Source: Verrucomicrobiota bacterium (GTDB taxonomy: Bacteria > Verrucomicrobiota > Verrucomicrobiia > Limisphaerales > CANJXF01). Taken from it: a stretch of 64,000 nucleotides of DNA. The stretch covers positions 10,242 through 74,241 of the forward strand of contig JBBQRQ010000012.1 in the NCBI GenBank assembly GCA_038214755.1, read 5' to 3'. The position numbers and the translations under genes are program-made. This document shows, piece after piece, positions 28,107 to 37,411 of the stretch (the stretch's first letter is position 1; each line of letters opens with the position of its first letter). The notes under the pieces were generated by a model. The model worked only from the letters and a program-made list of their open reading frames with translations. It did no database searches and had not been told where the DNA came from.

Positions 28107-28865
28107 ATGTTGATTCGAATTAGTTTGTTAATTGCCATTGTCGCGGGACTCGCTGCCGCCGGTCTCGGCTTCCTCAAAGTGAAGGAAAAAATCGTCACCA
28201 CCATGATTGAGCGCGACGAAGAAAAAAAACAGAAGGAGTCCGCCCAGGCCGAACGCGACAAGACCAAGAAAACTCTCAAGACCACGCAGGAGGATCTCGC
28301 CACCACGAAAAAAACGCTCACCACCACGCGCAAGGAACTCGAAACCCAGACCGCGCGCGCTGAAGATTTGGACAAACAAAAAACCGATCTCACCACTCAA
28401 CTCGCCACCGCCAAAGGCGAACGCGAGATCGCGCAAAATAAATTGCTCGCGTGGGATCTGATTCAAAAAACGCCCGAGGAAGTCAAAGTCGTCATTTCTG
28501 ACCTCGCTAAGACCCGCAAGGAAAAGGATGTGGTCCTCGCTGAAAACAAAATCTTTGCGCGCGACAACCGGGCGCTAAAACAAAAAATTAACGATCTCAT
28601 CGGAGATACCGAGACCGTCGCGCTCCCGGTCGGATTGAAAGGCAACGTCGTCGCGGTCGATCCTAAATTTGATTTCGTCGTACTCGATATCGGCGCCAAA
28701 GATGGAGTTTTGGAACGCGGGGAAATGCTGGTGAACCGACGTGGCAAACTCGTGGCGAAAGTCCGCATCGCCAGTGTCGCGGCTGACCGCAGCGTCGCCA
28801 ATGTCCTGCCGGAGTGGAAAAATTCCGGGCTGGAAATAATGGAAGGCGATCAAGTTATTTACTGA
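28107..28865 (+). CDS. membrane-anchored coiled-coil protein (Thr/Lys/Glu-rich coiled coil, C-terminal beta domain)
   Basis: N-terminal TM LIRISLLIAIVAGLAAAGLGFL; heptad-rich middle. Confidence 0.5.
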   Translation: MLIRISLLIAIVAGLAAAGLGFLKVKEKIVTTMIERDEEKKQKESAQAERDKTKKTLKTTQEDLATTKKTLTTTRKELETQTARAEDLDKQKTDLTTQLATAKGEREIAQNKLLAWDLIQKTPEEVKVVISDLAKTRKEKDVVLAENKIFARDNRALKQKINDLIGDTETVALPVGLKGNVVAVDPKFDFVVLDIGAKDGVLERGEMLVNRRGKLVAKVRIASVAADRSVANVLPEWKNSGLEIMEGDQVIY

Positions 28866-28904
28866 AATGAAATCGCAACTTGACTCTCCCAGTGAACTCT
28901 CTGG

Positions 28905-28972
28905 TAGCCGCCGACGTGAGGAGGCGGAAACTGGCGCGCCAACCCAAATCCGCCTCCTCACGTCGGCGGCTA
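28905..28972. terminator. 25-bp perfect inverted repeat gtagccgccgacgtgaggaggcgga with 18-nt loop, downstream of coiled-coil gene
   Basis: seen directly; no clean T-run. Confidence 0.5.
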
Positions 28973-29307
28973 CTATATTCAAGGCGCGAACTGTTTTTTC
29001 AGGGGGTTCCCTTTTCGCGATCACAGCGTTGATTTTTATTTCCGCAATGTTGACCGGTTGCGCCACGACCGATTCGGAAAATGTTTCGTCTCGCCCTTGG
29101 AACGCGCCGCAAGGTTGGTCGGGTCTTCCTTCTGGAATCAACGAGGGCCGTTGATACGCTCCCGATCTGGTTGCCGAAAAAATTCCCGGTGGGAGCGCCG
29201 ATTTCCCAATCGGCAGGACACTGAACTCTCAGAAACGACGAGCCGAACCGGAGTTCGGCGTTCCAATTCGCACGACGCTTTTCGGAAAATTTATTTCGGC
29301 AACCAGT

Positions 29308-30873
29308 CTATTTCGCAAACTCCACCACGCGTTGTTCCCTCATCACCGTCACCCGAATTTGGCCGGGATACGCCAATTCCTCCTCGATTTTTCGCGCAAT
29401 ATTTTTGGCCAGCGCAAAACATTCCTCATCGTTCTTTTTTTCCGGATGCACGATAACGCGCAATTCACGGCCCGCTTGCACTGCGAAACATTTTTCCACG
29501 CCCTCGAAAGACAGGCCGATTTTTTCCAGATTTTCCACACGCCGGATATAAGTGGTCAACGTTTCAGAACGAGCGCCGGGACGCGACGCGCTCATTGCAT
29601 CCGCCGCGCCGACCAGAATTCCCAGCAACCCAAGGTGCGGCGCTTCGTCATGGTGCGAGGCGACCCCATCGACGACTTGTTCGGATTCACCAAATCGTTT
29701 GATAAATTCCGCGCCGACAATGGCGTGGGCTCCTTCGATTTCGTGACTCATCGCTTTCCCAATGTCATGCAACAGCCCGGCTCGTTTGGCGGAGGCGATG
29801 TCGATTCCCAATTCCGCCGCCATCAAACCCATCAACCCGGCGACCTCGATGGAATGTTCAAGAATATTTTGGGAAAAGCTCTGACGAAATTTTAAGCGAC
29901 CGAGCACCTTGATAATTTCCAAATGCATCGGCGGCAGTCCGAGTCGCAGGACCGCTTCCTCTCCCGCGCGCAAAATCGTTTCATCGGTTTCATCCCTGAC
30001 TTTCGCCGCCACTTCTTCAATTCGCGTGGGATGAATTCGCCCGTCCAGGATGAGTCGCTCCATCGCTTCGCGCGCGATTTCCCTCCGCACCGGATCGAAA
30101 CCTGAAAGCACCACGGCGTTGGGTGTGTCATCGATGAGAACGGTAATTCCAGTAGCGGCTTCAAAAGCGCGAATGTTTCGGCCCTCCCGTCCGATGATGC
30201 GTCCTTTCATCTCCTCGCTCGGCAACGCGACCGTCGCCGTGGAAGTTTCAAACGTGTGTTCGCCGGCGTAACGTTGGATGGCCAGGCTGATTATTTTTCG
30301 CGCCTTCTCCTCAGCCTTGAGTTTCGCCTCTTCCAGAATGTGGCGAGCCAGATGTCCGGCGTCGCACATCGATTCCTCCTCGACTTGTTTCAAGAGTTTG
30401 GCGCGCGCGTCCGCCGCACTCATCTGGGAAATTTTTTCTAATGCTTCGCGATGCTTTTGTTTCAGCGCGTCGAGATCGCTGCGAATTTTTTCCAGCGCCT
30501 GCTCCTTCGATTCTTGCTCCGTTTCTTTTTCTCGAAGAACTTTTTCCTCTTTCAACAGCCGCTCCAACTGGCGGTTGACCAATGAATCCCGCTCGTTCAA
30601 ACGTTGTTCGGCGGTGTCAATGTCATGGCGGCGGCTCGCGAAAAGTTGCTCGGTTTGCTCCCGTAATTTGAGCGCTTCTTCATTCGCGCCGAGACGGGCT
30701 TCGCGCAGAATGGCGGCCGCCTCGCGATGCGCATTGTCCACCGAACTTTTTTCCCGAAGAGATTGCGCCGCGTGCAGGCCGCGATCTTTCCATTTGAGCA
30801 GAAGATAACCGGAGAGGGTGCCAATGGAGAAAATGGCCGCGCCTTCAATAAAACTGTTGACCGAAAAACTCAT
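29308..30873 (-). CDS. rny: ribonuclease Y (TM anchor, coiled-coil, KH and HD domains)
   Basis: KH motif IIGREGRNIRAFE, HD motif LLHDIGK. Confidence 0.9.
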   Translation of the reverse strand: MSFSVNSFIEGAAIFSIGTLSGYLLLKWKDRGLHAAQSLREKSSVDNAHREAAAILREARLGANEEALKLREQTEQLFASRRHDIDTAEQRLNERDSLVNRQLERLLKEEKVLREKETEQESKEQALEKIRSDLDALKQKHREALEKISQMSAADARAKLLKQVEEESMCDAGHLARHILEEAKLKAEEKARKIISLAIQRYAGEHTFETSTATVALPSEEMKGRIIGREGRNIRAFEAATGITVLIDDTPNAVVLSGFDPVRREIAREAMERLILDGRIHPTRIEEVAAKVRDETDETILRAGEEAVLRLGLPPMHLEIIKVLGRLKFRQSFSQNILEHSIEVAGLMGLMAAELGIDIASAKRAGLLHDIGKAMSHEIEGAHAIVGAEFIKRFGESEQVVDGVASHHDEAPHLGLLGILVGAADAMSASRPGARSETLTTYIRRVENLEKIGLSFEGVEKCFAVQAGRELRVIVHPEKKNDEECFALAKNIARKIEEELAYPGQIRVTVMREQRVVEFAK

Positions 30874-30887
30874 TCAAAACCTCGCGC

Positions 30888-31484
30888 TCAAGCCGTTGCT
30901 TCCAGCCAGCGCGTTGGTGTCAAAATATAATTCACACGCACATCGTGCGGTTCAGTGGGAATCGTCTCGACGATCTGTTCGTCAAAACAAACTCCGCATT
31001 TCGTCCCAGGAATTTGGGCGAGCAATCGGTCATAAAATCCTTTTCCCCGACCGAGCCGCCGCCCCATCGTGTCGAAGCCTATGCCAGGCACGAGCGCCAA
31101 GTCCAGACGGTTTAGGGGTATCTCGATGCATTCTGGATTCGGCTCGCGAATCCCAAACTGGCCTTGAGAAAAATCGCGTTCCAGATTTTCAACGCGGCAA
31201 GCGATGTAATGATTTTTGTCAGCCATAAATTTTGGGAGCGCGACAATTTTGTTGGCCGTGAACGCGGCGGAAAGAAGCGGCCAGGTATCCGGTTCATTGG
31301 AATGAGGGGCGAACAGCAAAATGATTTTTGCGTTCTGCCAAACGTTTTGCTTTTGGAAAAGTGCGCGGAGTTTTCCGGAAAGTTCGACGCGATCAATTTC
31401 AGGAATGGTCGCCAGCCGCTCACGCAAATGTTCCCGCAGATTCTGTTTTTGCGCCTGGAGCGACATATCGATATTGCGAAACAA
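30888..31484 (-). CDS. 5-formyltetrahydrofolate cyclo-ligase
   Basis: family motifs LVPGIGFD, GRGKGFYDR. Confidence 0.8.
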   Translation of the reverse strand: MFRNIDMSLQAQKQNLREHLRERLATIPEIDRVELSGKLRALFQKQNVWQNAKIILLFAPHSNEPDTWPLLSAAFTANKIVALPKFMADKNHYIACRVENLERDFSQGQFGIREPNPECIEIPLNRLDLALVPGIGFDTMGRRLGRGKGFYDRLLAQIPGTKCGVCFDEQIVETIPTEPHDVRVNYILTPTRWLEATA

Positions 31485-31495
31485 TCAGAGCCAAC

Positions 31496-31897
31496 CTAGT
31501 TCCGCAAATTCTTCCGCCAACATTTGCGGCGAAACGATTTTGATATTCTGAATTGTTTTTCCAAGAAACGGCCCAAAGTCGTTACGATCTCCTGTGACAA
31601 GGTGTGTCGCTTCTCCAGCAATCGCGCCCCGTAAAATGGGCAAATCTTTCTCAGCCAATTCAATTCAACATCAAGTTCCAAAATCACGCTCGGGATCAAT
31701 TCGCAGTGAGCGACGAGCGCGTCGAGCCTGGAGATGTTTTGAGAAGATTTTAATTCGATATTGCGGCGAGCTTCTTCGACGGCGTAGGCGTTCGTCAAAA
31801 AAACAACACGACGCAACGCAGAAGTGACGAGGGTGCGTATCCGACTTTGCGGCAATGAGGCGGAAAAGAGAATGTTCGCATCGAGAAAAATTCTCAC
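31496..31897 (-). pseudogene. vapC: PIN-domain VapC toxin, frameshifted near 31650-31665 (C-terminal half readable in another frame: AEKDLPILRGAIAGEATHLVTGDRNDFGPF...)
   Basis: N-term MRIFLDANIL PIN motif in ORF frame; conserved PIN C-terminus in shifted frame translated by hand. Confidence 0.6.
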
Positions 31898-32121
31898 TAA
31901 GATTTTTTAATTCCGAATTTAGCGAGCGCCTCTTCGTTGTTTTCCTCGAATTCCCTCAAACGAGCGTCTGAATAAATTTCAACCGGAAGGTTTTCGGTGG
32001 CACGAAGCAAAACCCCATCATTGGTTTCCTCCGCCACGACTTGGCGCTGTCCCAACCGTTGACGCAATTCCTTGGGCAGGGTCAATGTTCCTTGATCATC
32101 GATGCTGATGATTTTCATCAT
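31897..32121 (-). CDS. AbrB/MazE/SpoVT-type antitoxin (VapB-like)
   Basis: MMKIISIDDQGTLTLPKELRQRLG swapped-hairpin motif; ATGA overlap with vapC. Confidence 0.6.
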   Translation of the reverse strand: MMKIISIDDQGTLTLPKELRQRLGQRQVVAEETNDGVLLRATENLPVEIYSDARLREFEENNEEALAKFGIKKS

Positions 32122-32176
32122 AGTCGTAGTATTCAGGGTTTCAGTTTCTTTTGCAACTGCGGCAAAGCACATCGAA

Positions 32177-33550
32177 CTATTGGTTCACTTTGACTTTTTC
32201 CAATTGCGCCCGCCATTTCTCCACGCGCTCTTTGATCTTCTTTTCCACGCCTTGATCGGTCGGCTCGTAATAGTGTTTCTCCGCGCCCAGATAATCCTGC
32301 GGCACGAAATGATCGGGATGATCGTGGGCGTATTGGTAATTTTCGCCGTGGCCGAGACGTTTCGCACCGGCGTAATGCGCATCACGCAAATGCTGCGGCA
32401 CCGCGAGTGTGCGACCGGATTTCACATCCGCTAGCGCGGCGTCGATGGAGGTAATCGACGTGTTACTCTTGTGCGCCGTCGCAATGTAAATCGCCGCCTC
32501 GGCAATCGGAATGCGCGCTTCCGGCCAGCCAATAAATTCCGCGGCGTTGTGCGCGGCTTGCGACAGAATCAACGCCATCGGATCAGCCAGCCCAACATCT
32601 TCCGCCGCGCAAATCACGATGCGTCGCGTGATGAATCGCGGGTCTTCTCCGGCGTGAATCATTTTCGCCAGCCAATAAAGCGTCGCATCGGGATCGCTGC
32701 CGCGCATCGATTTGATGAAGGCGGAAATCGTGTCGTAATGCGCGTCGCCATCGCCGTCATAGACAATCGCTTTTTTCTGAATGCATTGCTCGGCCACATT
32801 TAAATCAAGGTGGATGAAACCATCGTTCGCTGGCGACGTGGTAAGCGCGGCGATTTCCAAAGAGTTCAACGCCTTGCGCGCGTCGCCGTCGGAAATTTTT
32901 GCGAGATGACGCAACGCATTTTCGTCCGCGCGAATTCTCAGGTGACCCAAACCGCGTTCGTCATCTTGCAAAGCGCGCTGCAAAAGTTCGAATAAATCTT
33001 CCTCGATCAACGGTTGCAGTTCGAAAATTTGCGAGCGTGAAACCAGCGGCGAATTGACAAAGAAAAATGGATTATGCGTCGTGGCACCGATCAACCGCAC
33101 CACGCCGCTTTCCACATCCGGCAACAAAATATCCTGCTGCCCTTTGTTGAACCGATGAATTTCGTCGATGAACAAAATGGTGGATTGGCCGGTGTTCTCC
33201 AAACGGTTCGCGGCGGCGGAAAGAACCCGTCGCATGTCGGCGACGTTCGATTCCACCCCGCTGAGCCGCTCGAATTTATTCTTGGTTTGGTTGGCGATAA
33301 TTTGCGCGAGCGAAGTCTTTCCCGTTCCCGGTGGTCCGTAGAAAATGAGCGATTGAATCCGATCCGCTTCGATGGCGCGGCGGAGAAGTTGTCCCGGAGC
33401 CAAAATATGTTTTTGGCCGGCATATTCATCCAGAGTCCGGGGGCGCATCCGCGCGGCGAGCGGTTGGTTTTGAAAAGTTCGCGTCTCCTTTTCAGCCGCG
33501 CTGGAAATTTCCGGTGGTCTCATCGGCGCAAACAGATCGCTCTCTGGCAT
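32177..33550 (-). CDS. rarA: replication-associated recombination protein A (AAA+ ATPase RarA/MgsA)
   Basis: Walker A GPPGTGKTSLA, Walker B ILFIDEIHRF, MgsA C-terminal domains. Confidence 0.85.
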   Translation of the reverse strand: MPESDLFAPMRPPEISSAAEKETRTFQNQPLAARMRPRTLDEYAGQKHILAPGQLLRRAIEADRIQSLIFYGPPGTGKTSLAQIIANQTKNKFERLSGVESNVADMRRVLSAAANRLENTGQSTILFIDEIHRFNKGQQDILLPDVESGVVRLIGATTHNPFFFVNSPLVSRSQIFELQPLIEEDLFELLQRALQDDERGLGHLRIRADENALRHLAKISDGDARKALNSLEIAALTTSPANDGFIHLDLNVAEQCIQKKAIVYDGDGDAHYDTISAFIKSMRGSDPDATLYWLAKMIHAGEDPRFITRRIVICAAEDVGLADPMALILSQAAHNAAEFIGWPEARIPIAEAAIYIATAHKSNTSITSIDAALADVKSGRTLAVPQHLRDAHYAGAKRLGHGENYQYAHDHPDHFVPQDYLGAEKHYYEPTDQGVEKKIKERVEKWRAQLEKVKVNQ

Positions 33551-33822
33551 GGAGAAAAATTAACAGACGCCGCAAACAATTGCCCGAAAAAGAATTGGCG
33601 AATTATGGAAAAAGGCGCTGCTTTCGTGATGGACAACAATGCCGAGGCCTATGGGTGAAGCGGATAATGAGCAATCGAATACATTTTATGCCGATGATGG
33701 TCGCCATTTGAGTTCTTCCAAACCGAAGCGATTTTTTTCGGTTCAGGTTCTTTTCAGTTGGCTGAATTTCGTTGCGCAATAAAACCGAGCCTTTAAAATT
33801 TCGCCAACCCCAAAAATTATCT

Positions 33823-35877
33823 ATGCATTTTGGCGTCAATTATCATCCTGAACATTGGGTCTATCCTTACGCCGGCACCGCTGAGGAACCGGAAGCGCGC
33901 TGGAAGGTTGACGTGCGATTGATGAAAGAGGCGGGAGTCAATGTCGTGCGCATGGGCGAATTCGTCTGGGGGCTGTGCGAGCCGGAGGAAGGAAAATTTA
34001 ATTTCGACTGGCTCCAACGCGCGATGGACTTAATGGGCGAGGCCGAAATCCAAGTCGTGCTTTCCACCCCGACCGCCGCGCCGCCGATTTGGCTCGCGAA
34101 AAAATATCCTGAGATTCTACCCATCGACGAAAATGGCCTGAAGCTGCACGAAGGAACCCGCCACGCCCTTTGCCTGAATTGCGACGTCGTCTGGGATTAT
34201 TCCAAAAAAATTATTCGCGCCATGGCGGAGGCGCTGGGCAAACATCCGCAATTGATCGCCTGGCAAATCGACAACAACGTTGGCGGACACACCCAGCATT
34301 CCTGCTTCAATGAGGAAACGCGCCACGATTGGCAGGCTTGGCTCCAGGCGAAATATCAAACGGTGGACCGTCTCAATGAACTCATGGGCACGCGTTTTTG
34401 GAGCCAGAACGTCAGCGATTGGGGCCATGTGCCCATGCCGATGGCCGCCCCCACCGTGCATAATCCCGCGCTGGTCCTGGATTGGATGCGCTTTTGCAGC
34501 GACACCGCCGTGGCCTATGTGCGAATGCAATCCGACTTGTTGCACGAGTTGACGCCACAAGCCCCGGTCACGACGAATTTGCGCGCGTTCACTCAGCGCC
34601 TCGATTTATTCGACGTCGCCGAGGCGCTTGATTTCGTGAGCGTGAACAGCAATGCCACCATCAAATCGAAGTCAGCCGAGAACGCCTGCGAAATTGATTT
34701 GTTGCGCTCGCTCAAAAAAACAGGAATCAAAATGCCCGGCGGCAGCGACAATTTTTGGGTCATCGAGCAAAAGGCCGGGCATGTCAATTGGCAGGATGTG
34801 AATTCACTCGTGCGCCCTGGTGTCGTCCGGCTTTTCACTTATCAATTGGTGGCGCGCGGCGCGGACGGCGTGCTTTATTTTTTCTGGCGGCAACCGCGCA
34901 TCGGCTCTGAGAAATTTTACGGCGGCGTGTTGACTCACGATGGCCGCGGCGAGAATCGCATTTACAAAGAGATTTGCCAGATCGGCCAGGAGATGGAACT
35001 TCTTGCTCCAATTATCAAAGGCACAAAAGTAATGGCGGAGACGTGCATTCTCTACAGTCACGATAATGAATGGGCGTTGGAATTCCCGCGCCAACCCAAC
35101 AAGTTTTTTACACAGCGGAACCACGTCCAACTTTTTCACACGGCATTGCATGATCGAAATATGGCCGTGGATTTCGCGCGACCGACGGAGGATTTGTCGA
35201 AATACAAAATTGTTTTCGCGCCGTCGTTGCACATGCTCGCCGCCGGCGAAGCGGATGCGCTGAAACTTTACGTGCAGAATGGCGGAACGCTTGTCGGCAC
35301 TTTCAACACCGGCATGGTGGACGAACATCACATCGTGCCCGACGGCGGTTTCCCTCACAACTTGACCGATCTTTTTGGGTTGGAAGTGCAGGAGTTTGAT
35401 CCGGTGCCGCCAGAGGAAGAAAATCATTTGACCTTTAAAGGCGGTTTTCACAGCAACCATGTTCACACCGCCAAACTTTGGTGCGACCTCATCGAGCCGA
35501 AGGGCTGCCAAATTATCGCCAGTTACACCAAAGATTTTTATGCGGGGCGACCCGCCATTACGATGAATGACTTTGGCGCGGGCAAAGCGATTTACATCGG
35601 CACGATGAGCCAGCAACCATTTTACTACGATCTCGTCGCATGGCTGCGACAGATGGTTGGCCTGCATCCGCTCTTGAAAGTTCCCGACGCCGTCGAAGTG
35701 AGCATGAGGCAAAATGCCGACACGCGAATTTATTTTTTGTTGAACCACCAGAATTCTCCGGTGCGAATTCAATTTTACAAACCAATGCACGACTTCCTCA
35801 CCGCGCGAACGTTCACGGGCAATTACGATTTGCCGCCGCATGGAGTTCTCGTGCTCGATGAGCATCCGAAGGTGTGA
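33823..35877 (+). CDS. GH42 family beta-galactosidase
   Basis: MHFGVNYHPEHW N-terminus and length ~685 aa typical of GH42. Confidence 0.8.
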   Translation: MHFGVNYHPEHWVYPYAGTAEEPEARWKVDVRLMKEAGVNVVRMGEFVWGLCEPEEGKFNFDWLQRAMDLMGEAEIQVVLSTPTAAPPIWLAKKYPEILPIDENGLKLHEGTRHALCLNCDVVWDYSKKIIRAMAEALGKHPQLIAWQIDNNVGGHTQHSCFNEETRHDWQAWLQAKYQTVDRLNELMGTRFWSQNVSDWGHVPMPMAAPTVHNPALVLDWMRFCSDTAVAYVRMQSDLLHELTPQAPVTTNLRAFTQRLDLFDVAEALDFVSVNSNATIKSKSAENACEIDLLRSLKKTGIKMPGGSDNFWVIEQKAGHVNWQDVNSLVRPGVVRLFTYQLVARGADGVLYFFWRQPRIGSEKFYGGVLTHDGRGENRIYKEICQIGQEMELLAPIIKGTKVMAETCILYSHDNEWALEFPRQPNKFFTQRNHVQLFHTALHDRNMAVDFARPTEDLSKYKIVFAPSLHMLAAGEADALKLYVQNGGTLVGTFNTGMVDEHHIVPDGGFPHNLTDLFGLEVQEFDPVPPEEENHLTFKGGFHSNHVHTAKLWCDLIEPKGCQIIASYTKDFYAGRPAITMNDFGAGKAIYIGTMSQQPFYYDLVAWLRQMVGLHPLLKVPDAVEVSMRQNADTRIYFLLNHQNSPVRIQFYKPMHDFLTARTFTGNYDLPPHGVLVLDEHPKV

Positions 35878-35935
35878 TTCGAACTCGGAAAAAACTAAGC
35901 GATGCGTTGCGCCTGCGTCTCAATCTGGATGTTAG

Positions 35936-36202
35936 ATGAAGACGCAAACGTTCAAGGTTGGTGACTGGGTGAGGGTTAAAAAGGTTCCGCCTGACTTGAC
36001 TGATTCGGAAGGCCTGGAGACACCGGGAGTATTCAAACGAGCGCTCGGCAGGACATTTCGCATCGCGGGCTTTGACGAGCACGGCCATCTTGAGCTTGTT
36101 GTAGCGGAGCGCAGGCCGTCATCGGACAGATATGAGTCAGATACGATTTGGATTGAGCCTGAATTTGTGGCTCGGGTTGGGCGCAGAGGAAAGTCGCGAT
36201 GA
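35936..36202 (+). CDS. small hypothetical protein (88 aa)
   Basis: ORF only. Confidence 0.35.
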   Translation: MKTQTFKVGDWVRVKKVPPDLTDSEGLETPGVFKRALGRTFRIAGFDEHGHLELVVAERRPSSDRYESDTIWIEPEFVARVGRRGKSR

Positions 36203-36269
36203 GTCATCGGTAGGCCACCTGTTATTCGCCAGCTTTTAATTTTTCAAGGCACAGCCTCGACGCTACAAC

Positions 36270-36665
36270 ATGCAAATGATGTTCAAACGCGGCCCCCGCA
36301 AATCCACCGCGCAACAACGCGTTCTCGCGGAATGGCGCGGAATTGATTTGGCTCCGGTGGAAGTCGGGCGGGCGAAGTCGGCCAAAAAGGCGGGCGACGT
36401 CATGCCTCGCATCCTAAAAGACCTGCGCATTGATCGCCGCCAATCGGAAACTGAAATCTTGAAAGTCTGGAATCATTTGATCGATCCGAACATCGTTGCC
36501 CACGCCCAGCCAACGGGAATCAACAAGGGAACACTTTTCGTCACGGTGGACAGCAGCGTGTGGCTGGATGAAATCGTGCGCTATCGTCGCCGTGATATTT
36601 TGCAACAACTCCAAACTAGTTTCGGGAAAGATTTGATCACGCGAATTTCTTTTCGCGTCGGCTGA
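36270..36665 (+). CDS. DUF721 (DciA-like) protein
   Basis: C-terminal GTLFVTVDSSVWLDEIVRYRRRDILQQL matches DUF721 pattern. Confidence 0.55.
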   Translation: MQMMFKRGPRKSTAQQRVLAEWRGIDLAPVEVGRAKSAKKAGDVMPRILKDLRIDRRQSETEILKVWNHLIDPNIVAHAQPTGINKGTLFVTVDSSVWLDEIVRYRRRDILQQLQTSFGKDLITRISFRVG

Positions 36666-36765
36666 CCCCTGTAGCGGCGCGTCTATGACCGCCGCCATCT
36701 TTCCCCAGTAGAGCGAGACTCCCGTCGCTCTCCATTTAAACCGGAACAATTCAGTGCAAAGCAAC

Positions 36766-36911
36766 GCTCGACCTCACCCCGGCCCTCTCCTCCGAGGAGA
36801 GGGAGAATCTTATGCAGCGCTGGAAAGTGTTCACCGTTTCGTGGCTGGTGGCGCGTGCTGATGGCAGGTTCCCTCTCCTCGGGGGGGGAGAGGGTTAGGG
36901 TGAGGGCGAGC
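36766..36911. repeat. inverted pair of ~40-bp elements (gctcgacctcaccccggccctctcctccgaggagaggga ... ttccctctcctcggggggggagagggttagggtgagggcgagc) flanking a 63-bp spacer; same family at 9667-9869
   Basis: seen directly. Confidence 0.85.
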
Positions 36912-37013
36912 AATCTGTCCAACTGAATCGTTCCGGCTAAATTCTTTACCGAATGAAAAAAGGGGAAATATTAGAACTCGACAGGAGTCTCGTTCTACGC
37001 GAGAGAAAACAAT

Positions 37014-37328
37014 ATGAAAACATCCGAGATCATTTTAAGGCTGGTTGCCTTGATCCTTCTTGGGAGTTACCTGCTTGCCAAACACCGACAGCGCGTTCGC
37101 AACTGGCCGGTGAAGGATTTTCCTGACTTACCCGCACGTCCTTTGGAAGCGGCATTGCAGGCTCGAGTCCAACAAATACGAGAGGACTATTCCGCAGAGT
37201 TGCATTCGCCTCGCCACGCAGGAAACCGTCGCGCGAATTTGATCGCTCGCGCCGGGCGGACCCTTCGCTGTCTCGATTATTTTCGCGACAGAGAGGCAGA
37301 GCACGAACACCAATCCCGCCCCAGCTAA
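37014..37328 (+). CDS. small hypothetical membrane protein (104 aa)
   Basis: one predicted TM; weak. Confidence 0.3.
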   Translation: MKTSEIILRLVALILLGSYLLAKHRQRVRNWPVKDFPDLPARPLEAALQARVQQIREDYSAELHSPRHAGNRRANLIARAGRTLRCLDYFRDREAEHEHQSRPS

Positions 37329-37373
37329 CTTTTAGCGGCGCGACTTTCACCGCCGCATTTACTCGAAAAAACA

Positions 37374-37411
37374 GCGGCGGTCACACACGCGCCGCTACAA
37401 GTTATTTTTTG
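37374..37411. terminator. bidirectional terminator: hairpin cagcggcggtcacacacgcgccgctaca flanked by A6/T6 runs, between convergent genes
   Basis: seen directly; same hairpin sequence at 44672-44700, 36684-36712(rc), partial at 26975. Confidence 0.6.
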
